Source of the DNA: Candidatus Pacearchaeota archaeon
GTDB taxonomy: Archaea; Nanobdellota; Nanobdellia; Pacearchaeales; GW2011-AR1
Direction of reading: 5' to 3'
DNA: 64,000 nt
NCBI GenBank assembly: GCA_017609285.1
Contig: JAFCEE010000001.1
Coordinates: 18,475-82,474 of the forward strand
Made by a program: the position numbers and the translations under genes. Of the stretch, positions 55,890 through 64,000 are shown one piece after another. The notes below the pieces were generated by a model. The model was not told where the DNA came from, made no database searches, and saw only the letters and a program-made list of their open reading frames with translations. Numbering within the stretch: position 1 is the first letter of the stretch; every line of letters starts with the position of its first letter.

Positions 55890-57356
55890 TTATTTAAATT
55901 TTATCGGTTTAACCCTTTTATAATATTTTACAGCTTCTTTTAATTCAATCTGACTTTCTGCATAAATTGTTAAGATAGTTTGGCCTTTTTTTACCTCTTC
56001 TCCTACATGTTTGTGCAAGTAGAGACCAGCTGCTTTGTCAAGAGGGCAGCCAGCAATTCTAGCAAGAGTATTAAGTTCTTGTATTTTTATCTCTTTGATT
56101 TTGGAATTTTTTGTAGCTTTGATGTCTTTTTTGTATTTTGCTTTTTTTATCTCCTTTACTTTACCTTTCTGGGCTTTAACAATTTCCCTGAATTTTTCCA
56201 AAGCTTTTCCAGAATCAAGGAGCTGTCTTGCTAACTTTAAACCTTGGCCTTTTTTTGCTTTTCCTGTTAACTCAAAAAGTTTTCCAGCAAGTTCTAAAGA
56301 CCTTTCTTCAAGTTTATGGCAACTGTCTTCTCTTTTCAAAACTTTAATCACATCTGAGATTTCAAGAGCTGGACCGATTCCGTTTCCTAAAGGTTCTTCT
56401 ACTTTTTTTAATGAACATGCTATTTTAATATTAAAGTGCTTGGCTAATTTTTTGAATTTTCTCTCCAGATTTTTAGCTTCTTTCTTATTTACTTTTGCAT
56501 TTTTTCCGTATGGTATGTCTATTAAAACATATTTTGCATTAACTGCCAGTTTTTTAGCTATTATACTGGCTAGGAGCTGGGCTTCAGGATCGAGATTTAA
56601 TAATTTCTCTACTCTTATTATCCTATCATCTGCAGGAGCTAAATTAAGAGAGCCGCCCCAAACTAAACATGCCCTTGTCTTTCTCAAAATTTTTTTTATT
56701 TCTGGAATTGTAAAATCAACTTTACATATTGTTTCCATTGCGTCTGCTGTTCCAGCAGGAGATGTGATAGCTCGAGAAGATGTTTTAGGTATTAATAAGC
56801 CAGCTGAAGAGCATATAGAAATAACTATTGGCGTTGTCCTTCCTGGAACTCCTCCTACACTGTGTTTATCAACTATTTTTCCTTTCAAATTCAGTCTTTT
56901 ACCAGTATCAACTATTGCTTTAGTCATATATGCTATCTCTTTCATTGACATGCCACATTTGTAAACTGCTGAAACAAAATATGCTATTTCTGCTTCTGTC
57001 AACGCATTTTTAACTACATCTCTTATTATTTCTTCAAACTCTTTTCTACTAAGCTTTTTACAGGAAAGTTTTTTTTGTATTAATTCTAAACTCTTTGGTC
57101 TTGTCGCGGGCTCTATATCAATTAGAATATCTTCTTTCAGCTTCATTGCTGTTGAAACTTCAGTTGAGACTACAATTTCATTTTGTTTTAGAAATCCTGT
57201 TGCTATGTCTACTACTGCCGCAATTCTTTTCCCTCTTCTTTCTATATAAACCCTATCATTTACATGGAGACTTGATTTTTCAGCAAATTTTTTGTGTAGT
57301 ATGACAACTGGTCTACCTGCTGATAATTTGAGAAGTTTAACTTTTAGTTTTGCCAT
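55890..57356 (-). CDS. AMP phosphorylase (thymidine phosphorylase family)
   Basis: Extra N-terminal domain, VDKHSVGGVPG, KTSSRAITSPAGTADAME, GIGPALE. Confidence 0.92.
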   Translation of the reverse strand: MAKLKVKLLKLSAGRPVVILHKKFAEKSSLHVNDRVYIERRGKRIAAVVDIATGFLKQNEIVVSTEVSTAMKLKEDILIDIEPATRPKSLELIQKKLSCKKLSRKEFEEIIRDVVKNALTEAEIAYFVSAVYKCGMSMKEIAYMTKAIVDTGKRLNLKGKIVDKHSVGGVPGRTTPIVISICSSAGLLIPKTSSRAITSPAGTADAMETICKVDFTIPEIKKILRKTRACLVWGGSLNLAPADDRIIRVEKLLNLDPEAQLLASIIAKKLAVNAKYVLIDIPYGKNAKVNKKEAKNLERKFKKLAKHFNIKIACSLKKVEEPLGNGIGPALEISDVIKVLKREDSCHKLEERSLELAGKLFELTGKAKKGQGLKLARQLLDSGKALEKFREIVKAQKGKVKEIKKAKYKKDIKATKNSKIKEIKIQELNTLARIAGCPLDKAAGLYLHKHVGEEVKKGQTILTIYAESQIELKEAVKYYKRVKPIKFK

Positions 57357-57440
57357 TTTCCTCTTTTTTGTTTCTAATTTTCAAGATTAAAGGATTTTTA
57401 TATCTTATTATAACGCCCCATTATCTAAAATCTAAAAATT

Positions 57441-58466
57441 TTATGAGAATAAGCTAGGAAATTTGTTTTTTCTGTATGCATCTAAAATTAATAGTAAATA
57501 AGAAAGGATTAAAGGACCAATAATTAAACCAAGTATACCAAAAACTATCAAGCCACCAATCATTCCTATTAGAACTATAACAGTAGGAATTTCTGTTTTT
57601 TTAGATACAATATATGGCCTAACTATATTATCAACCCATGATACAAATAAAGCGCCATAAATGAAAAGACCAACTCCTAAAACAATTTTTCCTGAAATTA
57701 ATAAATAGATAGAAGAAGGAAGCCATATAACCCACGCACCTATCACTGGAATAATTGCCGCAAATATCGCAAGAACAGTAAGTAAAAGAGCATTGGGAAC
57801 TCTAAATATAAATAAACCAATACCAGTTAAAATTCCTTGTAATATGCCGACAACAATAAATCCATAGATAACGGCGTTGGTTATATCTTTAAATTTTTTG
57901 GCAAAATCTTTTTCTGTAGGTTTAGAAAAAGGCGAAAGAGTTTTTACATAGTCCCTAAAAAGTTCTGCATCTCTCATCCCAAAAAAGAAAACAAAAAAAA
58001 CAACAACTAGTTTTAATACAAAACTTGGCAGATTTAAAAGAAGAGTTGAAGCACCAGAAAGTATTTTGCTTACAATAGTGGTAACAAAATTATTGAAAGA
58101 GAGGGCAAAATCTTTTGAAAATTCTGTCTGGGCTAAAGAAGGGAAGATTTTTGTAAGGAAACCAAAAAGGTTTAGATTCTGAGCATAAAGATATATTTCA
58201 AATATCTGTTTAGCTACATAAGGCAACAAAAACCAGAGGGGCAAGAGAACAAAGAAAATAACAAGAAAGACTATAATTAAAGCAGAAATATTTTTTTCTT
58301 TAATAATATGAAAAACTTCTGTGTATACTGGATAAAAGATATAGGCTAAGATTAATCCAATTATTATAGCAGATAATATGGGCCAGAGTATAACAAAGGA
58401 TAGGACGGCTAAAATTCCTAGAGCAATGAAAATAGATAATTTTTTAAATGAAATAAAGTCTTTCAT
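57441..58466 (-). CDS. AI-2E family transporter
   Basis: IPVIG..WLP, DNIVRP, GGL..FG..GLIIGP. Confidence 0.92.
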   Translation of the reverse strand: MKDFISFKKLSIFIALGILAVLSFVILWPILSAIIIGLILAYIFYPVYTEVFHIIKEKNISALIIVFLVIFFVLLPLWFLLPYVAKQIFEIYLYAQNLNLFGFLTKIFPSLAQTEFSKDFALSFNNFVTTIVSKILSGASTLLLNLPSFVLKLVVVFFVFFFGMRDAELFRDYVKTLSPFSKPTEKDFAKKFKDITNAVIYGFIVVGILQGILTGIGLFIFRVPNALLLTVLAIFAAIIPVIGAWVIWLPSSIYLLISGKIVLGVGLFIYGALFVSWVDNIVRPYIVSKKTEIPTVIVLIGMIGGLIVFGILGLIIGPLILSYLLLILDAYRKNKFPSLFS

Positions 58467-58524
58467 ATCTTAAAATACAAAAATAGATTTATAAATCCTT
58501 CGAAATTTTAAAATAGAGAAGAAA

Positions 58525-59199
58525 ATGGAGTGTTTTATTAAAAAAATTTTTGAAAGCAGGGTAGATGAACAAGTACATAATAAATTTGTAAGGTTTGGAA
58601 AAGGTAGATATGAAAAAAGAGCTATTTTGTCTTTAAATAAAGGTGTTAAAGTTAAGGTTAAGGGAAGTTTTGAGTATGCTAATGATTTTGTTTTATTAAC
58701 AGCTTCTCTTTCTAATGTTAAGTTCTCTGGAATTATATTGAGTAAAGAACCCTTAAATTTGGAAAATGAGAAGAAAAAAGCAGGGGTATATAGTTATGAT
58801 ATTAAGAGTATAGAAAGTGAAAAAATAAAAGAGTTAAAAGATAAGATTTACTTTTTTTTATTAGATGTGGAAACTCCTGATTTGAAATTGAAAATTAAAA
58901 AAAGACTTCCTAAGCCAAGCAAAAGTGGTTCTGGAAAAATTAATGATAAATTCTGTCAGTTAGAAGCTAGCTTAAAATATTGGCCTAAAATCAAGGAGGC
59001 TTTTTTCTGGGATATTCCTGATTGTAAAAAAGCAAGAATAGAACATGAATATAAAATTAAGGAGTTGATTATGCCTTCAAAAGAAAAAATTGGGGATTTT
59101 GAATTGTTAAGGTTAAAAACAAAAAGAAAAGGGGAAATTATTAGAAAGGCAGAAGTGGATGGTAAGGAAGAAGTTAGGGAGAAGAATTTTGTTGCTTAA
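58525..59199 (+). CDS. Conserved hypothetical protein
   Basis: 224-aa ORF, host-like codon usage, TATA upstream. Confidence 0.75.
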   Translation: MECFIKKIFESRVDEQVHNKFVRFGKGRYEKRAILSLNKGVKVKVKGSFEYANDFVLLTASLSNVKFSGIILSKEPLNLENEKKKAGVYSYDIKSIESEKIKELKDKIYFFLLDVETPDLKLKIKKRLPKPSKSGSGKINDKFCQLEASLKYWPKIKEAFFWDIPDCKKARIEHEYKIKELIMPSKEKIGDFELLRLKTKRKGEIIRKAEVDGKEEVREKNFVA

Positions 59200-59304
59200 T
59201 AAAAAGAAAAACCTTTAAAAACCTGTTTTTTCTTTGAATTTTACTCAGGGCATTGTAGAAAGTAAAATGGATAGTTTATTAAATTTTATATTGAGAGGTA
59301 GAAT

Positions 59305-60258
59305 ATGCCTAAACACAGTAAGCCACGTGCAGGAAGTTTGCAATTTTGGCCTCATAAAAAGGCTAGAAAGTTTTTGCCTAGTGTGAACTGGAAAGCTATA
59401 AAGTCTGATTCTTCCTTGCTTGGTTTTATAGCATATAAAGCTGGTATGTCTTCTTGTATTGTCAAGAATCTAACAGAAAATGCTTTAAATAAGGATAAAA
59501 GAATTCCTATTCCAGTTACAATATTGGAAGTTCCTCCAATGAAAATTTTTTCTGTCAGATTTTATAAAGAGGGCAAGGTTACAGAAGAAATTTTAGCTGA
59601 AAATCTTGAGAAAGAGTTGAAAAGGAAAGTCAAATTACCAAAAAAGAAAAAAACAAGTGAGAAGATTGATAATATTAAAGATTATGATGATGTTAGAATT
59701 ATAGTATATAGTTTAGTAAAAAAAACTGGTATAAAGAAGAAGCCTGACTTGGCGGAGGTGGCGTTAGGAGGAAATTTAGAAGAAAAAATTAAATTTATCA
59801 AAGAAAACTTAAATAAAGAGATTTCAGCTTCTGAAATTTTAAAAACTGATTTAGTTGATGTTAGAGGACTAACAAAAGGAAAGGGCATACAAGGACCAGT
59901 AAAAAGATTTGGTATTAAGCTGAAACAATATAAATCAGAAAAAGGAAGAAGAAGACCTGGAAGCATAGGACCTTGGCATCCAGCTCATGTTACTTTTAGA
60001 GTACCTATGGCCGGTCAGCTTGGCTTATTTTCTAGAATAAAGTATAATAATAAAGTTATAAGTATAGGAAAAGTTACAGAGGATGAGAAAATAAATCCAA
60101 AATCAGGATGGAAAAATTACGGCAAAATAAAAACTGAATATATAATTGTTGAAGGTTCTGTTCAAGGACCTGCAAAAAGACAACTTCTCCTTACATTACC
60201 CTTAAGGCCTACTAAAAAACAATTAAAGAAAAAATATGAATTTTTGAAGTTAAGATGA
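59305..60258 (+). CDS. rpl3: 50S ribosomal protein L3
   Basis: PRAGSLQFWP, YKAGM, TKGKGIQGPVKRFG, AGQLG. Confidence 0.97.
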   Translation: MPKHSKPRAGSLQFWPHKKARKFLPSVNWKAIKSDSSLLGFIAYKAGMSSCIVKNLTENALNKDKRIPIPVTILEVPPMKIFSVRFYKEGKVTEEILAENLEKELKRKVKLPKKKKTSEKIDNIKDYDDVRIIVYSLVKKTGIKKKPDLAEVALGGNLEEKIKFIKENLNKEISASEILKTDLVDVRGLTKGKGIQGPVKRFGIKLKQYKSEKGRRRPGSIGPWHPAHVTFRVPMAGQLGLFSRIKYNNKVISIGKVTEDEKINPKSGWKNYGKIKTEYIIVEGSVQGPAKRQLLLTLPLRPTKKQLKKKYEFLKLR

Positions 60259-61067
60259 AAGCTAAAGTTTTAGATAAAGAAGGAAAGGCAATTAAAGAGA
60301 TAGTTTTGCCTTCTTGCTTTTGTTCTAAAATTAGAGAGGATATTTGTCAGAGATATTTTCAGGCAATTAGAAAAATGCAGCCTTATGCTCCCAACATATT
60401 TGCAGGAAAACTTTATTCTGCTTCTGGTAAGATTAGGCATGGCAGAAGGTTATGGAAAACTTCTTATGGAAGAGGAATAAGCAGAGTTCCAAGAAAAATA
60501 TTTTGGAGAAGAGGTACGCAGTTTTATTGGTCTGGCTCTACTATATCTGGGACAAGAGGAGGAAGAAGAGCACATCCTCCTAAAATTGAACATTTTTTAA
60601 AGGAAAAAAAGATAAATAAAAAGGAAAAATTACTTGCTATTAGGTCTGCTATCTCCTCTACTTGTTTGTTAGAGTATTTAAGAAAAAGATATTTGAGTTT
60701 ATCTGATTTAAAGGAAAAAGAGATTTCTCTTCCTTTAATTGTTTCTTCTGATTTATTAAAATTAAAAACAAAAGAGTTTTTAGAAAGTTTGAAAAAAATT
60801 TTGGGAGGAGCTTTCTTAATTGCATTGAAAAAGAAAAGGAAAAGAGCAGGTAAAGGGAAAAGTAGAGGAAGAAAGTACAAAAAAAGTGCGGGTTTATTGT
60901 TAGTTATAGGAAAGGATGAAAATAAAAAAATTTCAGGAATAGACGTAAAGAAAGTGAATGAATTAGGAATTTCTGACTTTTATCCTCTAGGTAGGCTATG
61001 TATTTATACTGAAAAAGCAATTTCAGATTTAGAAAAATTATGGCAAAAGGAGAAAGAGAAAAAATGA
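60255..61067 (+). CDS. rpl4: 50S ribosomal protein L4
   Basis: GRGISRVPR, GGRRAHPP, RAGKGKSRGR. Confidence 0.96.
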   Translation: MKAKVLDKEGKAIKEIVLPSCFCSKIREDICQRYFQAIRKMQPYAPNIFAGKLYSASGKIRHGRRLWKTSYGRGISRVPRKIFWRRGTQFYWSGSTISGTRGGRRAHPPKIEHFLKEKKINKKEKLLAIRSAISSTCLLEYLRKRYLSLSDLKEKEISLPLIVSSDLLKLKTKEFLESLKKILGGAFLIALKKKRKRAGKGKSRGRKYKKSAGLLLVIGKDENKKISGIDVKKVNELGISDFYPLGRLCIYTEKAISDLEKLWQKEKEKK

Positions 61068-61669
61068 TAGTCTTGGATATTGAGACATCAGGTTTAGATA
61101 TAGGAAAAAACGGAATTTGGCAGATTGCTGCTTTGAATATGGAAACAGGAGAGGAATTTTGTGAGAAATGTAGAATAGATGGCGAAGATGAGATTATGGA
61201 AGAAGCTTTAGAGATATGTGGGAAAACAGAACAGGAATTAAAAGATAAAAGTAAGCAGACACAGAAACAATTGATTGAGAATTTTTTAAACTGGATTAGT
61301 AAGTTTGACGAGAGAATAATAGCTGGACACAATGTTGGTTGGGATATCTCATTTTTACAAAACAAATGTCTTAAATACGGTTTAAGAAAAAAATTTCATG
61401 AAGTAATAGGGCACAGAACTATCGATTTAGCTACTCTCGCCCAATTAAAATTTAGGGAGGAAAATGGAAAATTTAAAACTGAAAATGGAAAAAACAAAAT
61501 GGATCTAAAATCAGTTTTGGAATTTTGTGGTATGAAAGATGAAAGAAAACAGAGTGTTAATGGAAAAATTACAGAAGGGAAGTCCCATAACGCTTTAGAA
61601 GATGTAAAGTTAGAGGTGGAATGTTTTAAGAAATTATTAGGGAGGGAAAATGAAACCAATAGCTACTGA
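61064..61669 (+). CDS. DEDDh (DnaQ-like) 3'-5' exonuclease inside the ribosomal operon (start ATG 61064)
   Basis: LDIETSG, AGHNVGWD, HNALED. Confidence 0.92.
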   Translation: MIVLDIETSGLDIGKNGIWQIAALNMETGEEFCEKCRIDGEDEIMEEALEICGKTEQELKDKSKQTQKQLIENFLNWISKFDERIIAGHNVGWDISFLQNKCLKYGLRKKFHEVIGHRTIDLATLAQLKFREENGKFKTENGKNKMDLKSVLEFCGMKDERKQSVNGKITEGKSHNALEDVKLEVECFKKLLGRENETNSY

Positions 61670-61886
61670 AAAAATTGTTAAATTGATAGAATTAGAAAAT
61701 ACTTTGTTGTTTGAAGTAGATAGAAGATTAAGCAAAAAAGAAGTAAAAGAAAAGTTTGAGAAGATGTTTAATGTTAAAGTAGATAAAGTTAGAGTACTTA
61801 TTAGAAAAAATAAAAAGCTGGCTTATATTAAGTTAAACAAGAAAAATCCAGCTATTGATTTAGCTACTAAACTTGGTATGATGTAA
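61650..61886 (+). CDS. rpl23: 50S ribosomal protein L23
   Basis: P.ATEK, FNVKV, K.AYIKL. Confidence 0.95.
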   Translation: MKPIATEKIVKLIELENTLLFEVDRRLSKKEVKEKFEKMFNVKVDKVRVLIRKNKKLAYIKLNKKNPAIDLATKLGMM

Positions 61887-61887
61887 A

Positions 61888-62598
61888 ATGGGAAAAAGGA
61901 TTATACAGCAGAGAAGAGGAAGAGGAACTCTTACATATAAAGTTAGAAGAAAAAGTTTTAGATATAAAGTTAAATATCCTTCAGAAGAAGGAAAAGCAAA
62001 AGTTATAAAGTTGATTAATTCAGCTGGCCATACAGCTCCTCTTGCTAAAATTTTGTTAGGGAAAGAGGTATTTTATAACCTAGCCTTTAATGGAATGATT
62101 GAAGGACAAGAAATAAATGTAGGGAAAGGAAAGGCAGAGAAGGGAAATGTACTTGCTTTAAAAGACATGCCCATAGGAACAGAGATTTATAATATAGAGG
62201 TTAAGCCAGGAGATGGAGGTAAATTAATCAGGGCAGGAGGAAATTCCGCGGTAGTTGTAAGGAAAGAAAAAGGGAAAGTAGTTGTTTTGTTGCCGAGTAA
62301 AAAAGAGAAAGAATTTGATGAAAAATGTAGGGCCACTATAGGAGTAATAGCTGGACACGGAAGATTAGAGAAGCCAATTGTAAAAGCTGGAAAAAAATAT
62401 TATTCAATGAAAGCTAAAGGAAAATTATGGCCTAGAACTTCGGCTGTCAAAATGAATGTTGTTGACCATCCTTTTGGCTCTGGAAGAGGAAAGACTGTAG
62501 GGCATGGAAAGAAAGGAAAGACACCAAAGAAAAATGCTCCTGCAGGAGCTAAAGTTGGAAGTCTAAAACCAAAAAGAACAGGAAGGAGGAAGAAGTAA
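61888..62598 (+). CDS. rpl2: 50S ribosomal protein L2
   Basis: MGKRIIQQRRGRG, MNVVDHPFG. Confidence 0.97.
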   Translation: MGKRIIQQRRGRGTLTYKVRRKSFRYKVKYPSEEGKAKVIKLINSAGHTAPLAKILLGKEVFYNLAFNGMIEGQEINVGKGKAEKGNVLALKDMPIGTEIYNIEVKPGDGGKLIRAGGNSAVVVRKEKGKVVVLLPSKKEKEFDEKCRATIGVIAGHGRLEKPIVKAGKKYYSMKAKGKLWPRTSAVKMNVVDHPFGSGRGKTVGHGKKGKTPKKNAPAGAKVGSLKPKRTGRRKK

Positions 62599-62599
62599 A

Positions 62600-62995
62600 A
62601 TGGTAGCTGAAAAAAAAGAATTTACTTATAGAGGAAAAACATTGGAGGAGTTAAAACAACTTGATATTAGAGAATTCTCTAAATATTTAAAAGCGAGAGA
62701 AAGGAGAAGTGTTTTAAGAAATTTTGATGTAATTGAAAGATTTGTCAAGAGATGCAAAAAAAACGAAGAAAAGGGAAAATCAATCAGAACTCATTTGAGA
62801 GATATAATTATTGTTCCAGAAATGATAGGTTTGACTATTCATGTTTATAATGGTAAAGAATTTGTTCCTGTTAAAATTACAGCTGAAATGTTAGGCCATA
62901 GACTGGGAGAATTTTCAACAACAAGGAAACAAATTAAGCATGGGGCTCCTGGTGTAGGGGCTACTAGAAGCTCAGCTGCATTATCAGTAAAGTAA
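62600..62995 (+). CDS. rps19: 30S ribosomal protein S19
   Basis: FTYRG, IRTHLRD, GHRLGEF, GATRSS. Confidence 0.97.
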   Translation: MVAEKKEFTYRGKTLEELKQLDIREFSKYLKARERRSVLRNFDVIERFVKRCKKNEEKGKSIRTHLRDIIIVPEMIGLTIHVYNGKEFVPVKITAEMLGHRLGEFSTTRKQIKHGAPGVGATRSSAALSVK

Positions 62996-62996
62996 A

Positions 62997-63584
62997 ATGG
63001 AAAATATGCCAATAAGAAGAGAAGAAGCAATTTCTTTACTTAAAAGTATGTCACAAACAGAACAAGACATGAGACACTATCTTGAATCAGAAGCAATTAT
63101 GAAGGCTCTTGCTGAAAAATTAGGAGAGGATATTGAATACTGGGGTTTGCTTGGATTATTACATGATGTTGATTGGGCTTTAACAAAAAATAATGTTATG
63201 GAACATTGCATAAAAGCTGTAGAAATTTTAAAAGGAAAAGGTTTCAGCGACGAATTTATCAAGACAGTTCAGTCGCATGGTTATAACTATGAGGAGATAC
63301 CTGCTTTGAAAAATAAAGAGAGAAAAGAGAAAGTTGAACACGCATTAGCAAGCGCTGAAACTGTTACTGGATTAATTTATGCGTATGCTTTAATGAGAGG
63401 CAAAAAAATAAGTGACATGAAAGTTAAGGGTTTGAAAAAGAAGTTCAAAGATAAAAGTTTTGCAGCAAATTGTAATCGAGAGGTTATAAAAGAAATTGAA
63501 AAAGTTGGTTTAAGTTTAGATGAATTTTTTCAGTTGTCAATAGAAGCTATGAAAAAAATCAAGGAGGAAATTGGTTTAATTTAA
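62997..63584 (+). CDS. HDIG/HD-domain hydrolase inside the ribosomal operon
   Basis: H..E.EA.M, GLLHDVD, KFKDKSFAA. Confidence 0.9.
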   Translation: MENMPIRREEAISLLKSMSQTEQDMRHYLESEAIMKALAEKLGEDIEYWGLLGLLHDVDWALTKNNVMEHCIKAVEILKGKGFSDEFIKTVQSHGYNYEEIPALKNKERKEKVEHALASAETVTGLIYAYALMRGKKISDMKVKGLKKKFKDKSFAANCNREVIKEIEKVGLSLDEFFQLSIEAMKKIKEEIGLI

Positions 63585-63585
63585 C

Positions 63586-64000
63586 ATGGAAAAAGAAAAA
63601 AAACAGGATGAAGAAAAAGAAAAAATTGAAGATAAAAAAGCAGAAGAAAAAGTAGTTGAAACTAAAGATAATAAGAAAGTAAAAAAAGATGAAGGAAAAG
63701 CAGAAGAAGGGAGAAAAAGTGAAGAAGTAAAGAGAAAAGAAGTGAAAGAAAGGGAAAGAGAAAAGAAAATAGAGAGGAAAGAAGAGGCAAAAGCAAGAGG
63801 AAAAGACCTAAGCATTAGTACAAAACATTCTGTAGCTATATGCAGGTTTATCAAGAATAAAAGAATAGAGAAAGCTATAGTTGATTTAGAACAAGTAATC
63901 AAAAGAAAAAAAGCAGTTCCAATGAAAGGCGAGATACCTCATCGTAAAGGAAAAGGTATGGAAAGAGGAAGATATCCTGTAAAGGCTTGTAAGGCATTTA
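63586..64000 (+). CDS. rpl22: 50S ribosomal protein L22 with ~65-aa Glu/Lys-rich N-terminal extension (runs off window)
   Basis: Hand translation ...EAKARGKDLSISTKHSVAICRFIK...KKAVPMKGEIPHRKG...GRYP. Confidence 0.93.
   Translation, partial: MEKEKKQDEEKEKIEDKKAEEKVVETKDNKKVKKDEGKAEEGRKSEEVKRKEVKEREREKKIERKEEAKARGKDLSISTKHSVAICRFIKNKRIEKAIVDLEQVIKRKKAVPMKGEIPHRKGKGMERGRYPVKACKAF

Noticed and set aside
56035..56964. 309-aa plus-strand ORF and other antisense ORFs in the track (e.g. 478-954, 45512-45937, 51969-52481, 60904-61365, 63576-63902)
   Set aside because: They shadow well-identified genes on the opposite strand and have the Phe/Ser/Leu-rich composition of reversed Lys/Glu codons

Overview
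AT-rich (roughly 30% GC by eye) chromosomal segment of a DPANN archaeon, most likely Pacearchaeota (fused PriS-PriL primase, pacearchaeosortase-like gene, class II LysRS, AMP phosphorylase, many apparently leaderless TATA-ATG genes). Housekeeping content: LysRS, histone-fold protein, Hjc, PCNA, primase, solo Cas4, SepF/FtsZ, SecE, Spt5, Rpo12, aIF5A, Taw1, ribosomal protein clusters and three tRNAs (Pro, Ala, intron-containing Ser). Two things stand out. (1) A ~17 kb surface-apparatus locus (13.9-31.4 kb), followed by the S-layer gene, holds six class III signal-peptide (pilin-like) genes and a duplicated set of giant disulfide-rich proteins, two of which carry an internal Gly/Ala-zipper hydrophobic segment. 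(2) Accessory genes repeatedly sit at gene termini, bracketed by duplicated copies of a neighbour's start or end. Examples are three divergent copies of the 931-aa gene's 3' end separating cargo blocks, a 19-bp start-codon duplication around an HD gene, a 33-bp promoter/start duplication, and shorter echoes inside the S10 operon. No integrase, transposase or reverse transcriptase is visible. Also seen: two structured non-coding leaders, a free-standing repeat-containing PD-(D/E)XK nuclease, and several frameshifted or nonsense-disrupted genes. All calls are from motif recognition by eye; no searches were run.
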